Shown here piece by piece: positions 1 to 10,861 of a stretch of DNA of 35,564 bases. This DNA comes from an uncultured Gemmatimonadales bacterium (GTDB lineage Bacteria; Gemmatimonadota; Gemmatimonadetes; Gemmatimonadales; GWC2-71-9), in the NCBI GenBank assembly GCA_963842945.1, contig CAWJIM010000022.1, forward strand, positions 1 through 35,564, given 5' to 3'. Below the pieces are notes generated by a model that did no database searches, had not been told where the DNA came from, and was given only the letters and a program-made list of their open reading frames with translations. Both the position numbers and the translations under genes were made by a program. The first letter of the stretch is position 1, and the number at the start of each line of letters is the position of its first letter.

Positions 1-310
1 GCAAGCGGCTCTGTGGGCCGAAGCCGGACTGGCAGCGTTCCACGCGGGAGGCTTCGGCCCGGCCCAAGCGTACAGCGCATTCAAGTCGACCACCCTCGCG
101 GTGCTCGGCCTGATACTCGATGATCTTGCCGGCCTGCGGACTCCCGATCTGGAATCCGACCTGAGTCTGCTGCCGCCCGAGCACTTTCCCCGCATCCACG
201 AAGCCAGTGCGGTGGCCGAGAAGGCGGATGTTTGGAGCTACCTGATTGAGAGTCTTATTCGGGGTTTCGCGGGCACATCACCGCCGAGGACGGTTCGTAC
301 GCGCGAGTAG
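1..310 (+). CDS. C-terminal part of a probable TetR/AcrR-family regulator (runs off window start)
   Basis: Frame open from base 2: QAALWAEAGLAAFHAGGFGPAQAYSAFKSTTLAVLG..., resembling the TetR C-terminal 'L..AGF....A..A' pattern; HTH not visible. Confidence 0.55.
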   Translation, partial: QAALWAEAGLAAFHAGGFGPAQAYSAFKSTTLAVLGLILDDLAGLRTPDLESDLSLLPPEHFPRIHEASAVAEKADVWSYLIESLIRGFAGTSPPRTVRTRE

Positions 311-358
311 CGCGGCGGCGAAGAAAGGGGCAAGGACGGGCTAGAAAACGGTGAAACA

Positions 359-389
359 CGGTAAGCGGTAAGCGGTAAGCGGTAAGCGG
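359..389. repeat. Heptamer tandem array (CGGTAAG)x4
   Basis: Four perfect units 359-386 plus CGG; degenerate CGGTGAA at 349-355; ends 3 nt from the four-helix-bundle stop. Confidence 0.95.
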
Positions 390-392
390 GGT

Positions 393-749
393 TTACAACC
401 TGCGTCGCGATTTGAGGAGGCCAAGGAGGAGACGCTGGCTCCGCTGATTGCTTGCAAGCAGTTGCGTCACGACCTTCGCCGCCACGACCTCTGCATCCAG
501 GGCGATCTCCAGCAGTTCTCCGGTTTCCACGGCCGATCCATATGCAATCGCCAAGTGACGAGTGAACGAAGGCGAGTCTGCGTAGGCGTATCCTTCTGCA
601 ATGTTGAGTTGAACCGATAAGGATGCTCTCTGGAGCTGTGAGAACAGCGCCGCCGCATAGGGCTTCCAGCTATCCCTGGCCAGGTGAATGGTTCCCAGGA
701 CGACCGCCCGAGCCTCCTGCCAGGCCTCGAGGGAACGATGGTCTCGCAT
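393..749 (-). CDS. Four-helix-bundle protein (23S rRNA IVP / TIGR02436-like)
   Basis: 118 aa with L.AWQ.A, SQLQRASLSVQLNIAEG and F.RHL.IAYGSA.E motifs. Confidence 0.92.
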   Translation of the reverse strand: MRDHRSLEAWQEARAVVLGTIHLARDSWKPYAAALFSQLQRASLSVQLNIAEGYAYADSPSFTRHLAIAYGSAVETGELLEIALDAEVVAAKVVTQLLASNQRSQRLLLGLLKSRRRL

Positions 750-810
750 GACTCATGATAAGGGAGTGGATACTGGTCTCGGCTAACCCATTTCATGCAA
801 TCATCATCTC

Positions 811-880
811 CCGCTCACCGCTTACCGCTCACCGCTCACCGCTTACCGCTCACCGCTCACCGCTCACCGCTCACCGCTCA
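811..880. repeat. Heptamer tandem array (CCGCTYA)x10
   Basis: Eight CCGCTCA and two CCGCTTA units; inverted relative to the 359-389 array. Confidence 0.97.
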
Positions 881-890
881 CGCTTTTGGT

Positions 891-3035
891 TCAGAAGCTT
901 GACCCGATCGAGAAATGCAGGTGCCACCGCCGCCCATTCTCGGTCGGCACCGTGCTGAGGGGGCGGCCCTCCTCCAGCGCGGCGAACACGCCCGCCGGAG
1001 AACGAAGGTCCAACGGGGAAGGGTTGAGCTTGTAGCCCACGGCGACCGCGACCGCGCCCACAACGGTTTCGTAGCCGATGCCGGCTCCCACCGAGGTGTA
1101 GAGCTTGTCCTGATCCAGCTCGCCGGCCTGGAGCTGGAACCGGGTGTCCGGAGTCCAGATCCGGCCGCTATCGAAAAAGGCGAAGCTCTGCCATGCCTTC
1201 CCCATCCCAGGAACCGGAAGCTGGAGCTCGGCGCTGCCGATGAACCGGGCCAGTCCGCCGACCGGGGCGTACCGGTCGGCGATGGTGTCGGTCACTTCGT
1301 TCTGGGTCTGTATGCTCACCTGCGGCAGTTTCGGTCCCACCAGCTCGCTCCCCCAGCCTCGCACATCCCGAGTACCGCCGGCCGTGAAGTCCACGTCGTC
1401 CAGCCGAAGGAGCGAAACGAAGGGAGACTCCTCCCCGACCCCGCTGAGGCTCTTGCCGAAGGCGAAGATCCGTCCGGCACTGAGCCGGACGGTAAATCCC
1501 ACCCTCGATGAGACTGGCAGGAACGCAGTGCCGCCGGCCTCGAGCAGCAGATACTCCGCGGTATTGAATCCCGGCGTGGTCACCTCGATCCGCGGGCGGA
1601 GGACGTAGCCCTTGCGCGGATTGGCCAGCTTGTCCAGCCCGCCATAGGTCCCCTGCAGGCTGACCGTGCTTCGGTTTCGCACCGCCCCGAGCTGGCCCGC
1701 GACATTCGAGTCGGCCAGGCCCAGTAGAGGGAGGTACTGCACCGGATCCAGGTTCTCACCGTACCCGTACGCCAGGATCTCCCGATGTGAGATGGTGTAA
1801 CCCAGTGCGATCGAGCGGAGTGGTCCCACCGCGTATGCCAGCGAGGCCTCGAGTCCGCCGGCCCGAGAGCGGTCGCGCAGATCGTTCCGGTACTCGACGT
1901 ACGGTCCCAGCGCGAGCGAGAGCCGGCGGTGGCCGATGTAGGGCAGGAACAGCGTGGCCGAGGCGCGGTAGAGCTGCTGGGCCGGATCCTCGAATGAGAG
2001 CGCGCCGGTCTGTGCGGTACCGGTCACGGTGAACGTGCGAACTCCCCGCAGGAAGCTTCGGTGAGTCCAGTCGACCTCGCCGGTGATCCCTCCGGCCGAG
2101 ACGAGACCAGCCTCCCCGCGAACCAGATGCGGCTGGCTCATGGTGACGTCGAGGTGCACCACCACGGTGGAATCGTCGGCGCTGTCCCGCGGCACGTCGA
2201 AGAGGGCCAGCCGGACCAGGTCGAGCTGCACCAGCTGCTGCCGGCCCTTCTCCAATTCGTCCAGGTTGTACCAGTCGCCCGGCTTCACCGTGAGTTGCCG
2301 GGTGATCTGGTGCGCCGGAATATTCCCGTTGCCGCTTACGACGATCTCCCGGATGCGGGCGCGGATCCCGGGGCGCACCAGCACGGTGACTTCCGCTCGG
2401 TTGGCTGCACTGTCGGTCACGGCCCGAGCGGCGGCCACCGCGAAGGGGTAGCCCCGATCGCGAAACCAGCGCGTGGTGCTGTCGGCCAGGCCCCGCTGTT
2501 CATCCTGGCCGAAGCGGCCGGCCGTCCGCTGTGCCCGTTTCACGAACTGGTCCCAATGGGGGGCGAGGTCCGGCGGAAATTTGAGAGTGCCGCTGTCCCC
2601 CACGAATCGGACCGAGTGCAGCAGCAGGGGCGGCCCCTCGGTGATCACGTACGTCACCCGAATCAGATCCGATTTGGCGTCGTAGCGTGCCTCGTGACCG
2701 ACCTCGGCCTTGGGGAACCCGGACTGCTTGTAGTGGTTGCGAAGCCGCACCTGGTCGCGCTGCATTTCGAGGGGATCGAAGAGATGAGAACCGACCGGTG
2801 GCACGAACGGCAGAAATCCGAGGGTCCGCCGAAGTCCCACCATGCCGCCCTGGCCACTGAGCGCGACTTTCTTGCGGAGCTCCTCCTCAGGAAGAGTGTG
2901 CATCCCCTTGAACCGGAACTCGACCGACTTCACCTGAGTTTTCGGACCGACCCGGCTGAGCGGGTCCTGGGCCCGAAGCGGGCTCGCCGCCGTGGCCAGC
3001 AGGCTCAGCGCGATTGCCCACCGGTCAATACGCAT
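891..3035 (-). CDS. BamA/TamA (Omp85) family outer-membrane protein
   Basis: Signal peptide, POTRA-like repeats, 'AGGTRDVRGW' loop motif, C-terminal 'HFSIGSSF'; overlaps the end of the upstream tamB-like gene. Confidence 0.92.
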   Translation of the reverse strand: MRIDRWAIALSLLATAASPLRAQDPLSRVGPKTQVKSVEFRFKGMHTLPEEELRKKVALSGQGGMVGLRRTLGFLPFVPPVGSHLFDPLEMQRDQVRLRNHYKQSGFPKAEVGHEARYDAKSDLIRVTYVITEGPPLLLHSVRFVGDSGTLKFPPDLAPHWDQFVKRAQRTAGRFGQDEQRGLADSTTRWFRDRGYPFAVAAARAVTDSAANRAEVTVLVRPGIRARIREIVVSGNGNIPAHQITRQLTVKPGDWYNLDELEKGRQQLVQLDLVRLALFDVPRDSADDSTVVVHLDVTMSQPHLVRGEAGLVSAGGITGEVDWTHRSFLRGVRTFTVTGTAQTGALSFEDPAQQLYRASATLFLPYIGHRRLSLALGPYVEYRNDLRDRSRAGGLEASLAYAVGPLRSIALGYTISHREILAYGYGENLDPVQYLPLLGLADSNVAGQLGAVRNRSTVSLQGTYGGLDKLANPRKGYVLRPRIEVTTPGFNTAEYLLLEAGGTAFLPVSSRVGFTVRLSAGRIFAFGKSLSGVGEESPFVSLLRLDDVDFTAGGTRDVRGWGSELVGPKLPQVSIQTQNEVTDTIADRYAPVGGLARFIGSAELQLPVPGMGKAWQSFAFFDSGRIWTPDTRFQLQAGELDQDKLYTSVGAGIGYETVVGAVAVAVGYKLNPSPLDLRSPAGVFAALEEGRPLSTVPTENGRRWHLHFSIGSSF

Positions 3036-6000
3036 AGCGGCTCCGCAGACTGAAACTGGGCGGCACGTTGCCGGCCTCGACCTTGGCCCGGAGCCAGCGC
3101 TGCAGCGCGTACTCCACCTCGAAGCTCGGGCCGAGGTTGTATCCCGTCCTGTTGCGCCCGCGTATCCAGCTGGATCGGGAGATTCATGCTGAGAAACAGG
3201 CTGGAGCCCACGTATCGCCCGGCGGTCAGCGTCAGCCCGCGGACTCCCTCGGGCTTGATCTGGAAGACGTCGAGTCCCAGTCGCTTCTCCGCCGAAGTGG
3301 ACAGGCTCCCGGTGAGAGTGCCCAACGCTACGGCGGCCCCCATCTCTCCCGTGCTCTGTCCGCCCGAGCCCTGGGCCAGCGGATTATCCGACGAGGGGCG
3401 GCCGGTCACGAGGTAGGAGAGGATGTCGTCCTGGCTCATATCGGGCTGGCTGGTAAACTCGAGCGCCAGACTGTCCAGGTGACCTTTGGCCGCAACGTCG
3501 ACGACGACTCCCTCGTCATCCGGTCCACCCTGAGTCGGCACCTGATATTCGGCGGTGACGTCCAGCGTGGTGGAATCGACTGGTCCATTGAGCCGGATGT
3601 CACCGCCGGTGAGCCGGAACTCGCGTCCGTACACGTCCAGGGTTCCCCGGCCCGGTACCGGCTCGACCTTTCCGAAGAACTGCATTGGCTGCCCGGGGTC
3701 CTGCCGCAGCCGGATCCGGCCGCTCAGCTCGATCTCCGCCTTGGGACTGGTGGTTCGGCGGAACCACACCCGGTTGGGGAGCCGCAGATTGAGATCGAGA
3801 TGGAAGCGGTCCACCAATCCCGGGCTCTCGTGGACCTGGGCCAACACCGCCGGCCCAAACTCCCGTGCCAGCTGCCGCAGATCCTCCGGCGTGAGCTCGA
3901 CCTTCTCCACCGTCACCGCCGTTTGCGCGCCGCCCATGATGATGTCCGTCCGGCCCATGGTGAGGTTGCCGGTGAGCGACGGCTTCGCGGCGGTGCCCTG
4001 GAGCCGGAGATCGCCCGAGGCCACCGCCTGCAGAGAAGAGGAATTGGAGATCCGGAAGTTGCTCAGCTTGGCGGTGAGATCGAGTGCCGGATCGTTGAAC
4101 GGCCGGAGCCGGACGACGCCCTGCGCGGTGAGCGACTGCTTCTTGTCGGTGAGGAGCTGGAACTGCTCGATCCGAAGCTCATCGCCCGAGAGCCGTCCGA
4201 CCATGCCGCCGTCCCGATAGCTCAGCCCCAGTGGCGGCAGTGCCACGGCGACACCAGTCACCTCCAGGGTGCCATCGGCGCGCGGTGCCTTGACCGGTCC
4301 GCTCACTCGCGCTTTAGCGATCAACCTTCCGCGAAGGTCTCGGGCCGCATCCGCCGGCAGGAGTGGGTTGAATACGGCGAGATCGAAGCTGTCGGCCTGC
4401 ACCGCGAGGGCGAGCGTGTCGGCTGCTGGCGTCACCCCTACGTTGTTTCCACTGTCGGTGGGAGTGAGTGTGAGGCGCCAGGGCAAGGTGCCGTTCACCG
4501 TCAGCCGCCCGCCTCTCACCGGCACCGTCGCGGCGTTGATCGCAAGCCCCTCTCGAGTCCAGTTGATCTCGGTCTGCACCCGGCCGGTCTCTCGGCCGTC
4601 GCTCTGACGGATCCCGAGCCCCAGCTTTCCCTGCAGCGTCGGCTCCGCCGCGGTCCCCTGCAGGCGAAGCCATCCATCGAGTCGGCCGCCGATGGGCGCG
4701 AGCCCGAGAGAGCGGAGTGCCTCGAGATTCAGATCGGTGATATGGACGCCGATGTCGCTCGAGTGCTGCGGGTCGTAGACGCCGTCGACGATGATTCGGT
4801 GCCTGCCGGACCGGAGGGCGAATCCATCTACCGCTACGCGAGGCCGGAGCTCGAGCTGGGCGGGCTGTTCCAGGGTCCAGGAGCTGTCGCCCTGCGTCAG
4901 GTCGAGCCGCTGGAGCGTGGCGCGCATGGTGTCGGACTGCACCGTTCCTCGCAATGCAGTGACGATTCGGGCGCTGTCTCCCAGAGCCACGTCCCCATCC
5001 AGGGTGACCAGCGAATCGTAGCGCGCGGCCAATCGCGCCTCTGGAATTCTCATCTTACCGGAGGCCGCGTCCTTCACCCGGAGCTCTCCCCGCATTCCGG
5101 AGAGATGGGTGCTGTCGATGGCTGCGGTAGCACGGAGCGTCACCCGATCGGCGAGGTTTCCGCCTGCCAGGATGCGATTGATCTGGCCCGCTCCATCGAG
5201 CCGCCAGCGCCAGGCCGGCCCCGCCAGGGTGAGCGCCATGCTCGCCGAATCGAGCGAGATCGAGTCGCCGATGAATGGGGCAAGCGGTGCCAGGTTGTAG
5301 GTGGTCCCGGTGATCCGTAGCGTGCCCGGCCCGGCCTCTCTCCGGAGCGCGATCCGCCCGTGGCCGCCCAGCGCCAGCACGTTCGATCGGACGAGGAGGG
5401 TGTCTACCCGGATGGCTCCGGAATCGGGTCCCAGCGCCAGGTGCGCCGAGTTGATGCGTATGTCTCCGATCCCTCCGATCGCGTTCACCTTGCCGTCGAG
5501 GGAGAGGAGACCCGCGCTGTCTCCGGCGGCGTTCAGAGTAAAGCTGGACTCGAGACGTCCGTCCGCATCCGCCCGCCCGGTCCAGCGCGCGAGACGCTCG
5601 AGCCGGAGCGTGCCGGTGGTGTGCACCTGCGTCGCCTTGCCGGTCTGTCCATTCAGCTCGGCCTCGAGCTCACCGTCTCGGCCCGTCAGCCGCAGCTCAC
5701 CCTGAACCGCGTCGCCATTCAGGTTCAGCCTGACACGGCCTCCCTGCAGCTGGGCCTGGTTGATTCGGGATGAGAGCAGCTCCAGCGACAGGTCGGCTTG
5801 CCTGGTTGCGGCGGAGTCTCCCGAGAGCTGAGCGGTGAAGCTGGCGTTGATGCTGGTGTGCAGATCGGCACGACCCATCAAGGTGCCGAGATCGATCGAG
5901 TCGGCCTGGCCCCGCCGGATCGCGAGCGAGCGCCCGCCCGCGAGCTGCTGACCATCTCCGGCCAGGGCCACCCTTCCGCCGTTGGTGCGAACGAAGCCGT

Positions 6001-8073
6001 CATAGGTAAGCCGGTCTGCCGTTCAGCGTCAGGTCGACCGAACCGGAGGTGACCTCGAGCCTTCCCAGCCGCGACGGTTCAACCGTGACCCTGCCCTCCA
6101 CCGAACGGCGGTTGCCCCGCACTCGGCCACTCCCGGTGGCACGCAGGGTGACCGGTCCCGCGAGATCTGAGCGACCGAGGAAGCTCCCGAGGTCTACTCC
6201 CTCGAGCGAGGCGGTGCGAAGAAGAAAGGTCTTGGTCTGAGCGAAGGGACGGGCATCGGCCTCCAGCCTGATGCGTCCGCCCTCGAGCGGCCCACCGAAA
6301 GCAAGGCGCGCCGCACCGCGAACCAGCCGAGCTTGTCCCGAAAGTTTCTCGATCCGGTGGGAGCCGTAACGCAGCTCATCGAGATCGAGACGGAGAGAGG
6401 CGACGGCGTGATCCGGTGCCGTGCCGCGTCCCCTGAGGGAGAACCGGCCCGAGAGCGGGCCCATGGCCGTGTCCGCGCCGAGCCGGGCGAGATCCACCCG
6501 GTCGATCTTGCCATCCCGCACTTCATAGGTCAGAGTGTCGCCCAGCTGCGCGACCGCGTGCGCCGTGATGGTGCCGCCGCCGACGAGGAGCTCGGGGTTC
6601 AGCTGGAGCCGTCCCCGTGCGAGCGAGAGCGTCGCTTGGCCCAGGGGAATCGGGTCGTCTTCCTGAGTCGCCGTGATGGTCACCTTGCCGGTGACCCTGG
6701 CCGTGGTGGGAGAGACTCCGGCACCAGCTAGCTGGAAACCAACGTCGAGTCCTGACGCCAGGGAGTCGCCGGTCAGGCGGCGAGCAGCGGCGACACTACC
6801 GGGGAGATCCGTCGCAGTTCCGCGCAGCCGATACTCAGGAACCGAATCGAAGGGACGGATCCGCCCGGTTCCGGCGAGCGTCCCTTGCTCGATCGGTGCC
6901 GCGCCAGCTGACCGCGGCGCTGCCGTTCCGGATATCGGCCCGAAGCCCGAGCCGGTGAACCGAGTTTCCCGCCAGTCGGGAAGGCGCGAGCCGGAGCTCG
7001 ACCCGTCCGCCGCTCCGTTTGAGCGTGGCTCCTCTGAGGTCGGCTGCGACGGTGCCATTGAGGCTCCCCGAGGGCGCGGTCTTGTAGAGGCGAGCGGGGT
7101 CGAGCCGGCGCATGCTGCCGCGCAGCCGGTAGTCGGCTTTGCCTTTGGTCAGAGGTGCGACGCCGTCGAGGGTGAAAGTCGCCTCGTCGAGACGCGCGCC
7201 GAGGTGGGCAGTGACCAGCCCGTCGGCCGCGCCCCTCGCGCTCGCGTCCAGATGAAGATCTCCCTCTGATGCCACCGAGGGGACCACGGCGGCCAGATCG
7301 GCCAGGGCGAGCGGCGTTGCCTGGAGCCGGACATCGAGCAGCTCCGCCAGGCGTGGATCCTCGAGATTTCTCGGCAGCACCACCCGGCCGGCGATCCGGG
7401 TCTCCTCGGTCTGGATCCGGAGCGGATCGAAGCGGAATTCGGCGGCGGTGATCGCGCCTCGAGTCGCCAGCGCGAACCAGCGGCTACTCCCCGGCGGCGA
7501 GAGGCCGAAGTTGAGCTGGTCGAGCGCCAGGAGCACCGTGTCGCCCACCACGAGATCGCGCCCGGCCAGGTTGAGTCCTCGCACCCGCACGACGGAGTCG
7601 GGGCTCAGCTCGGCCATCAGCTGCACATCGCGCAGCTTCAAGTTCTCGATTCGGATTCCACCGCCGTGCTTGGTCGTGTCCGCCGAGCTCTTGAGGGCGG
7701 AGGTCAGGTCCCAGGTTTTTCCCTCCCGATGGGCCTCCGCTCGGGCGCCGTTCACTGTGAGTTCCCGCAGCCGGGTCACCGAGCCCCGCAGCTCTCGCAG
7801 GTCGTAGCCCAGCTCGAGCCGGTTCAGCCGCGCCAGCTCGCGGCTCTTCCAGATCAGCCGCACGTCCTCGAGCGCGAGACGATGGAGCCAGTCGCCGCTC
7901 ACCCGTCCGACTTTGAGCTGGTAGCCGGGGTTGAATGGAAGGACGGTGATGAGCCGGCGCACCGCCCAGGTCGCGACCGGCGGGAGTTGTAACAGGGCGA
8001 GGAGAGTGACCACCAGAGTGAGGACGCTGGTGCCGATTATGGCAAGCAGACGGGTCCAGCGACGGTAAGCCAT
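3025..8073 (-). CDS. TamB-like translocation/assembly module protein (~1680 aa), split by three frameshifts
   Basis: N-terminal TM anchor (MAYRRWTRLLAII...), beta-rich repeats, DUF490-type C-terminus (FTSQPDMSQDDILSYLVTG, AGRYVG); ORFs join at ~6895, ~6017 and ~3150; reconstructed end FSLRSRYAY*. Confidence 0.85.
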
Positions 8074-8233
8074 GCACTCCGCATCGGAGAGGGGACTCAC
8101 GCATTGTGCATGGTGAAGTTACGTCCTAGCCATGACGGGGGTCACCGCTGATGTCGATCTGGGCCCTCCTCGTGCGTCTAGTTGATAGACACCATCACCG
8201 GGCAGGAGGGGCCTTTTTATCCTACTTTCCAGT

Positions 8234-10573
8234 ATGCTCCGTCGAAACAAGGGAGCCGTCCTCGAGTCGATCGCCGCAGGCGATCGGTACACCCTCGACC
8301 GCGAGCTGGGTCGGGGCGGGATGGCCGTGGTATATCTGGCCCGCGACCGGAAGCACGATCGCCCCGTCGCGATCAAGATCCTGCGCCCGGAAATCGTCAC
8401 CGGCGAAGCCGCCCAGCGCTTCCTCCGGGAGATCGGGATCCAGGCGCGGCTCCAGCATCCGCACATCCTCCCCCTGCTCGATTCCGGCACCACCGACGAG
8501 GCGTCGCCCCGCCCGTTCTACGTCATGCCCTACGTGGAGGGCGAGACCCTCCGCCAGCGCCTCACCCGCGAGGGGCCGCTCCCCCAGGCGGAAGCGATCC
8601 GTCTGGTGCGGGAGACCGGCGAAGCGCTCGACTACGCCCACAGGGAAGGGCTGATTCATCGCGACGTGAAGCCCGAGAACATCCTGCTCTCGCAAGACCA
8701 CGCCCTGGTGGCGGACTTCGGCATCGCCCGGGCCGCGGGTGTCGCGGCCGCCGACCGGCTGACTCGGCCGGGGCTTAGCATGGGGACCCCGGCCTACATG
8801 AGTCCCGAGCAGGCCGAAGGCGAACGCAACGTTGACGCACGGGCCGATCAGTACAGCCTCGCCTGTGTCCTCTATGAGCTGCTGGCCGGTCAGCCGCCCT
8901 TCACCGGACCTAGCGTGGCCGCGGTGTTGTCGCGCCAGGTCCTCGACCCGGTGCCGCCACTCACCACGCTCCGCCCCGGTATTCCTGGGTCGGTGCGCCG
9001 AGCCATCGAGCGGGCACTATCGAAGCTCCCAGCCGACCGGTTTGGGACGGTGCTGGAATTCCTCGCAGCGCTGGAAGCTCCGGACGCTCCCACGGCTGCG
9101 CCCAAGAAGGCCATCGTCGTACTGCCGTTCGCCAACCTGAGTCCCGATCCCGACAACGCGTACTTCGGCGACGGCCTGATGGAAGAAGTGATCGCGGACC
9201 TCTCCCGGGTCCAGGCGCTCACCGTGATTTCGCGGACCTCTTCGGTCAAACTCAAGAACACCGAGTGGGACCTCCGGCGAATCGGACGCGAGCTCAACGT
9301 CCGCTACGTACTCGAGGGCAGCGTGCGCCGAGCCGGCTCGACGCTCCGGATCACGGCCCAGCTGATCGACGTCGAGACCGATGCCCACCTCTGGGGCGAG
9401 AAGTATTCCGGCACGGTGGACGACGTGTTCGACCTGCAGGAGCGGCTCTCTCGCCAGATCGTCGAGGCGCTGGAGATCACGCTGTCTCCGCCGGAAGATC
9501 GCGAGATCGCAGCGCGCCCGATCGCGGATCTCCGCGCGTTCGAGTACTACCAGCGCGCCCGGCAGGAGTACTACCGGTACACCGCGGAAGGGATGGCGGC
9601 GGCCCGAGCGCTGGCGGAGCACGGGCTCGCCGTAGTAGGTCCACATGAGGCGCTCTACGGGATGCTGGGGACGGTGTACGCCTGGTCGCCCGTCGTTCTG
9701 CTCGGCGGCGACGAGGAGACCACACTCCGGGAGGCGGAGGGCTGTGCCCGCAAGGCGTTCGAGCTGAACCCCAACTCGGCCCAGGGCCTCTCGATCATGG
9801 GCCAGGTGGCTTACCGTCGAGGCCAGGCGGGAGAAGCCGTTCGGCTGCTGACGCAGGCCTGCGCCGCCGACCCCAACAATCCCGATGCGATGCATCAGTT
9901 GGCCGGAGCGTATCTGCTGGGTGGGCGGACCGGCCCGATGCGGCAGGTGCTGACCCGCTTGGCCGAGCTCGATCCGCTGACGGCCAGTAATCTCTGCCTG
10001 CTGGGGATGAGTTACATGCTGGGTGGCGATGCGACTGGGGCGCTGCCCTCGCACCAGCGGGCGGTCGAGCTGGATCCGAAGAGCACCATCTGCCGAGTGT
10101 GCGACGCGGTGGCCCTGGTGGCCGCGGAGCGCGACGACCAGGCGGCGAGCCAGTTCGAGTGGCTGGAGGGCCGGCCGTCGGACGATCACCTGGCGGCGGT
10201 CGCGGTGCGCTTCCGGCGCGGTCTAACCGGCGACCGGGAGGCGGTGCTGTCGCCTCCGAGTGCGGCGGAGCGCGCGATGGCGGAATCGGACGAGTACTGG
10301 TCGTACCTGATGGCAGCGGCCTACGCACTGGTCGGCGAGGCGGACGAGGCGCTGAGCTGGCTGGAGCATGCGGTCAGGGTCCGCGGCTGGGTGGACTACG
10401 TGTACTTCACCCGGCACGATCGTTTTCTGGAGAGCCTGCGGCCGACCCGGCGCTTCCAGGAGCTGATGGCCTCGGCCCAGCAGCGGTACGCCCGGTTCAC
10501 CGACGACGGCGCTCCCACCCGCATCAGCAGTCCTCCTCATCCCACGACGGATCCGCCTTCCGCTCCTGGCTGA
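8234..10573 (+). CDS. Ser/Thr protein kinase with TolB-N-like (IVVLPFANLS) domain and TPR repeats
   Basis: GRGGMA, VAIK, HRDVKPEN, DFG, GTPAYMSPEQ; VVLPFANLS...YVLEGSVRR; TPR-like helices; intact. Confidence 0.95.
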   Translation: MLRRNKGAVLESIAAGDRYTLDRELGRGGMAVVYLARDRKHDRPVAIKILRPEIVTGEAAQRFLREIGIQARLQHPHILPLLDSGTTDEASPRPFYVMPYVEGETLRQRLTREGPLPQAEAIRLVRETGEALDYAHREGLIHRDVKPENILLSQDHALVADFGIARAAGVAAADRLTRPGLSMGTPAYMSPEQAEGERNVDARADQYSLACVLYELLAGQPPFTGPSVAAVLSRQVLDPVPPLTTLRPGIPGSVRRAIERALSKLPADRFGTVLEFLAALEAPDAPTAAPKKAIVVLPFANLSPDPDNAYFGDGLMEEVIADLSRVQALTVISRTSSVKLKNTEWDLRRIGRELNVRYVLEGSVRRAGSTLRITAQLIDVETDAHLWGEKYSGTVDDVFDLQERLSRQIVEALEITLSPPEDREIAARPIADLRAFEYYQRARQEYYRYTAEGMAAARALAEHGLAVVGPHEALYGMLGTVYAWSPVVLLGGDEETTLREAEGCARKAFELNPNSAQGLSIMGQVAYRRGQAGEAVRLLTQACAADPNNPDAMHQLAGAYLLGGRTGPMRQVLTRLAELDPLTASNLCLLGMSYMLGGDATGALPSHQRAVELDPKSTICRVCDAVALVAAERDDQAASQFEWLEGRPSDDHLAAVAVRFRRGLTGDREAVLSPPSAAERAMAESDEYWSYLMAAAYALVGEADEALSWLEHAVRVRGWVDYVYFTRHDRFLESLRPTRRFQELMASAQQRYARFTDDGAPTRISSPPHPTTDPPSAPG
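10419..10511 (+). repeat. 93-bp direct repeat, copy 1 (3' end of kinase)
   Basis: Matches 15062-15154 at 90/93 positions. Confidence 0.97.
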
Positions 10574-10861
10574 GCGACCGACTGAACACCCGCTCCGCCG
10601 CCCGCTGCTCCGCAGTGCACTGGCCGACGAAGTTGATGTCGCGCCTCCGGACGCGCAACCGGATCCTGTTCAGGTGATGCTCACCTTGCTCATGTTGCTG
10701 CCCCGGTTCTCGAGTGGGCCTAGGTATCGCCCCGCGACTCGGGGGATGCGGCGAGACGGATCAGCTCCACCCCGCAGTCCTCGATGTGGGCTCATCCTTT
10801 TCCAGAGCTCGTCGCGCCCGGAATATCCGGCTTGCGACTGCCGCAGGCAGGCCCATATCGT

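Noticed and set aside
811..880. CRISPR array or coding repeat (ORF 755-958 'SPLTAHR')
   Set aside because: 7-bp units without spacers and no cas genes; the ORF is a translation of the repeat
3068..5320. Long plus-strand ORF of 750 aa and similar shadow ORFs across the window
   Set aside because: Antisense or alternative-frame shadows of real genes, common in high-GC DNA
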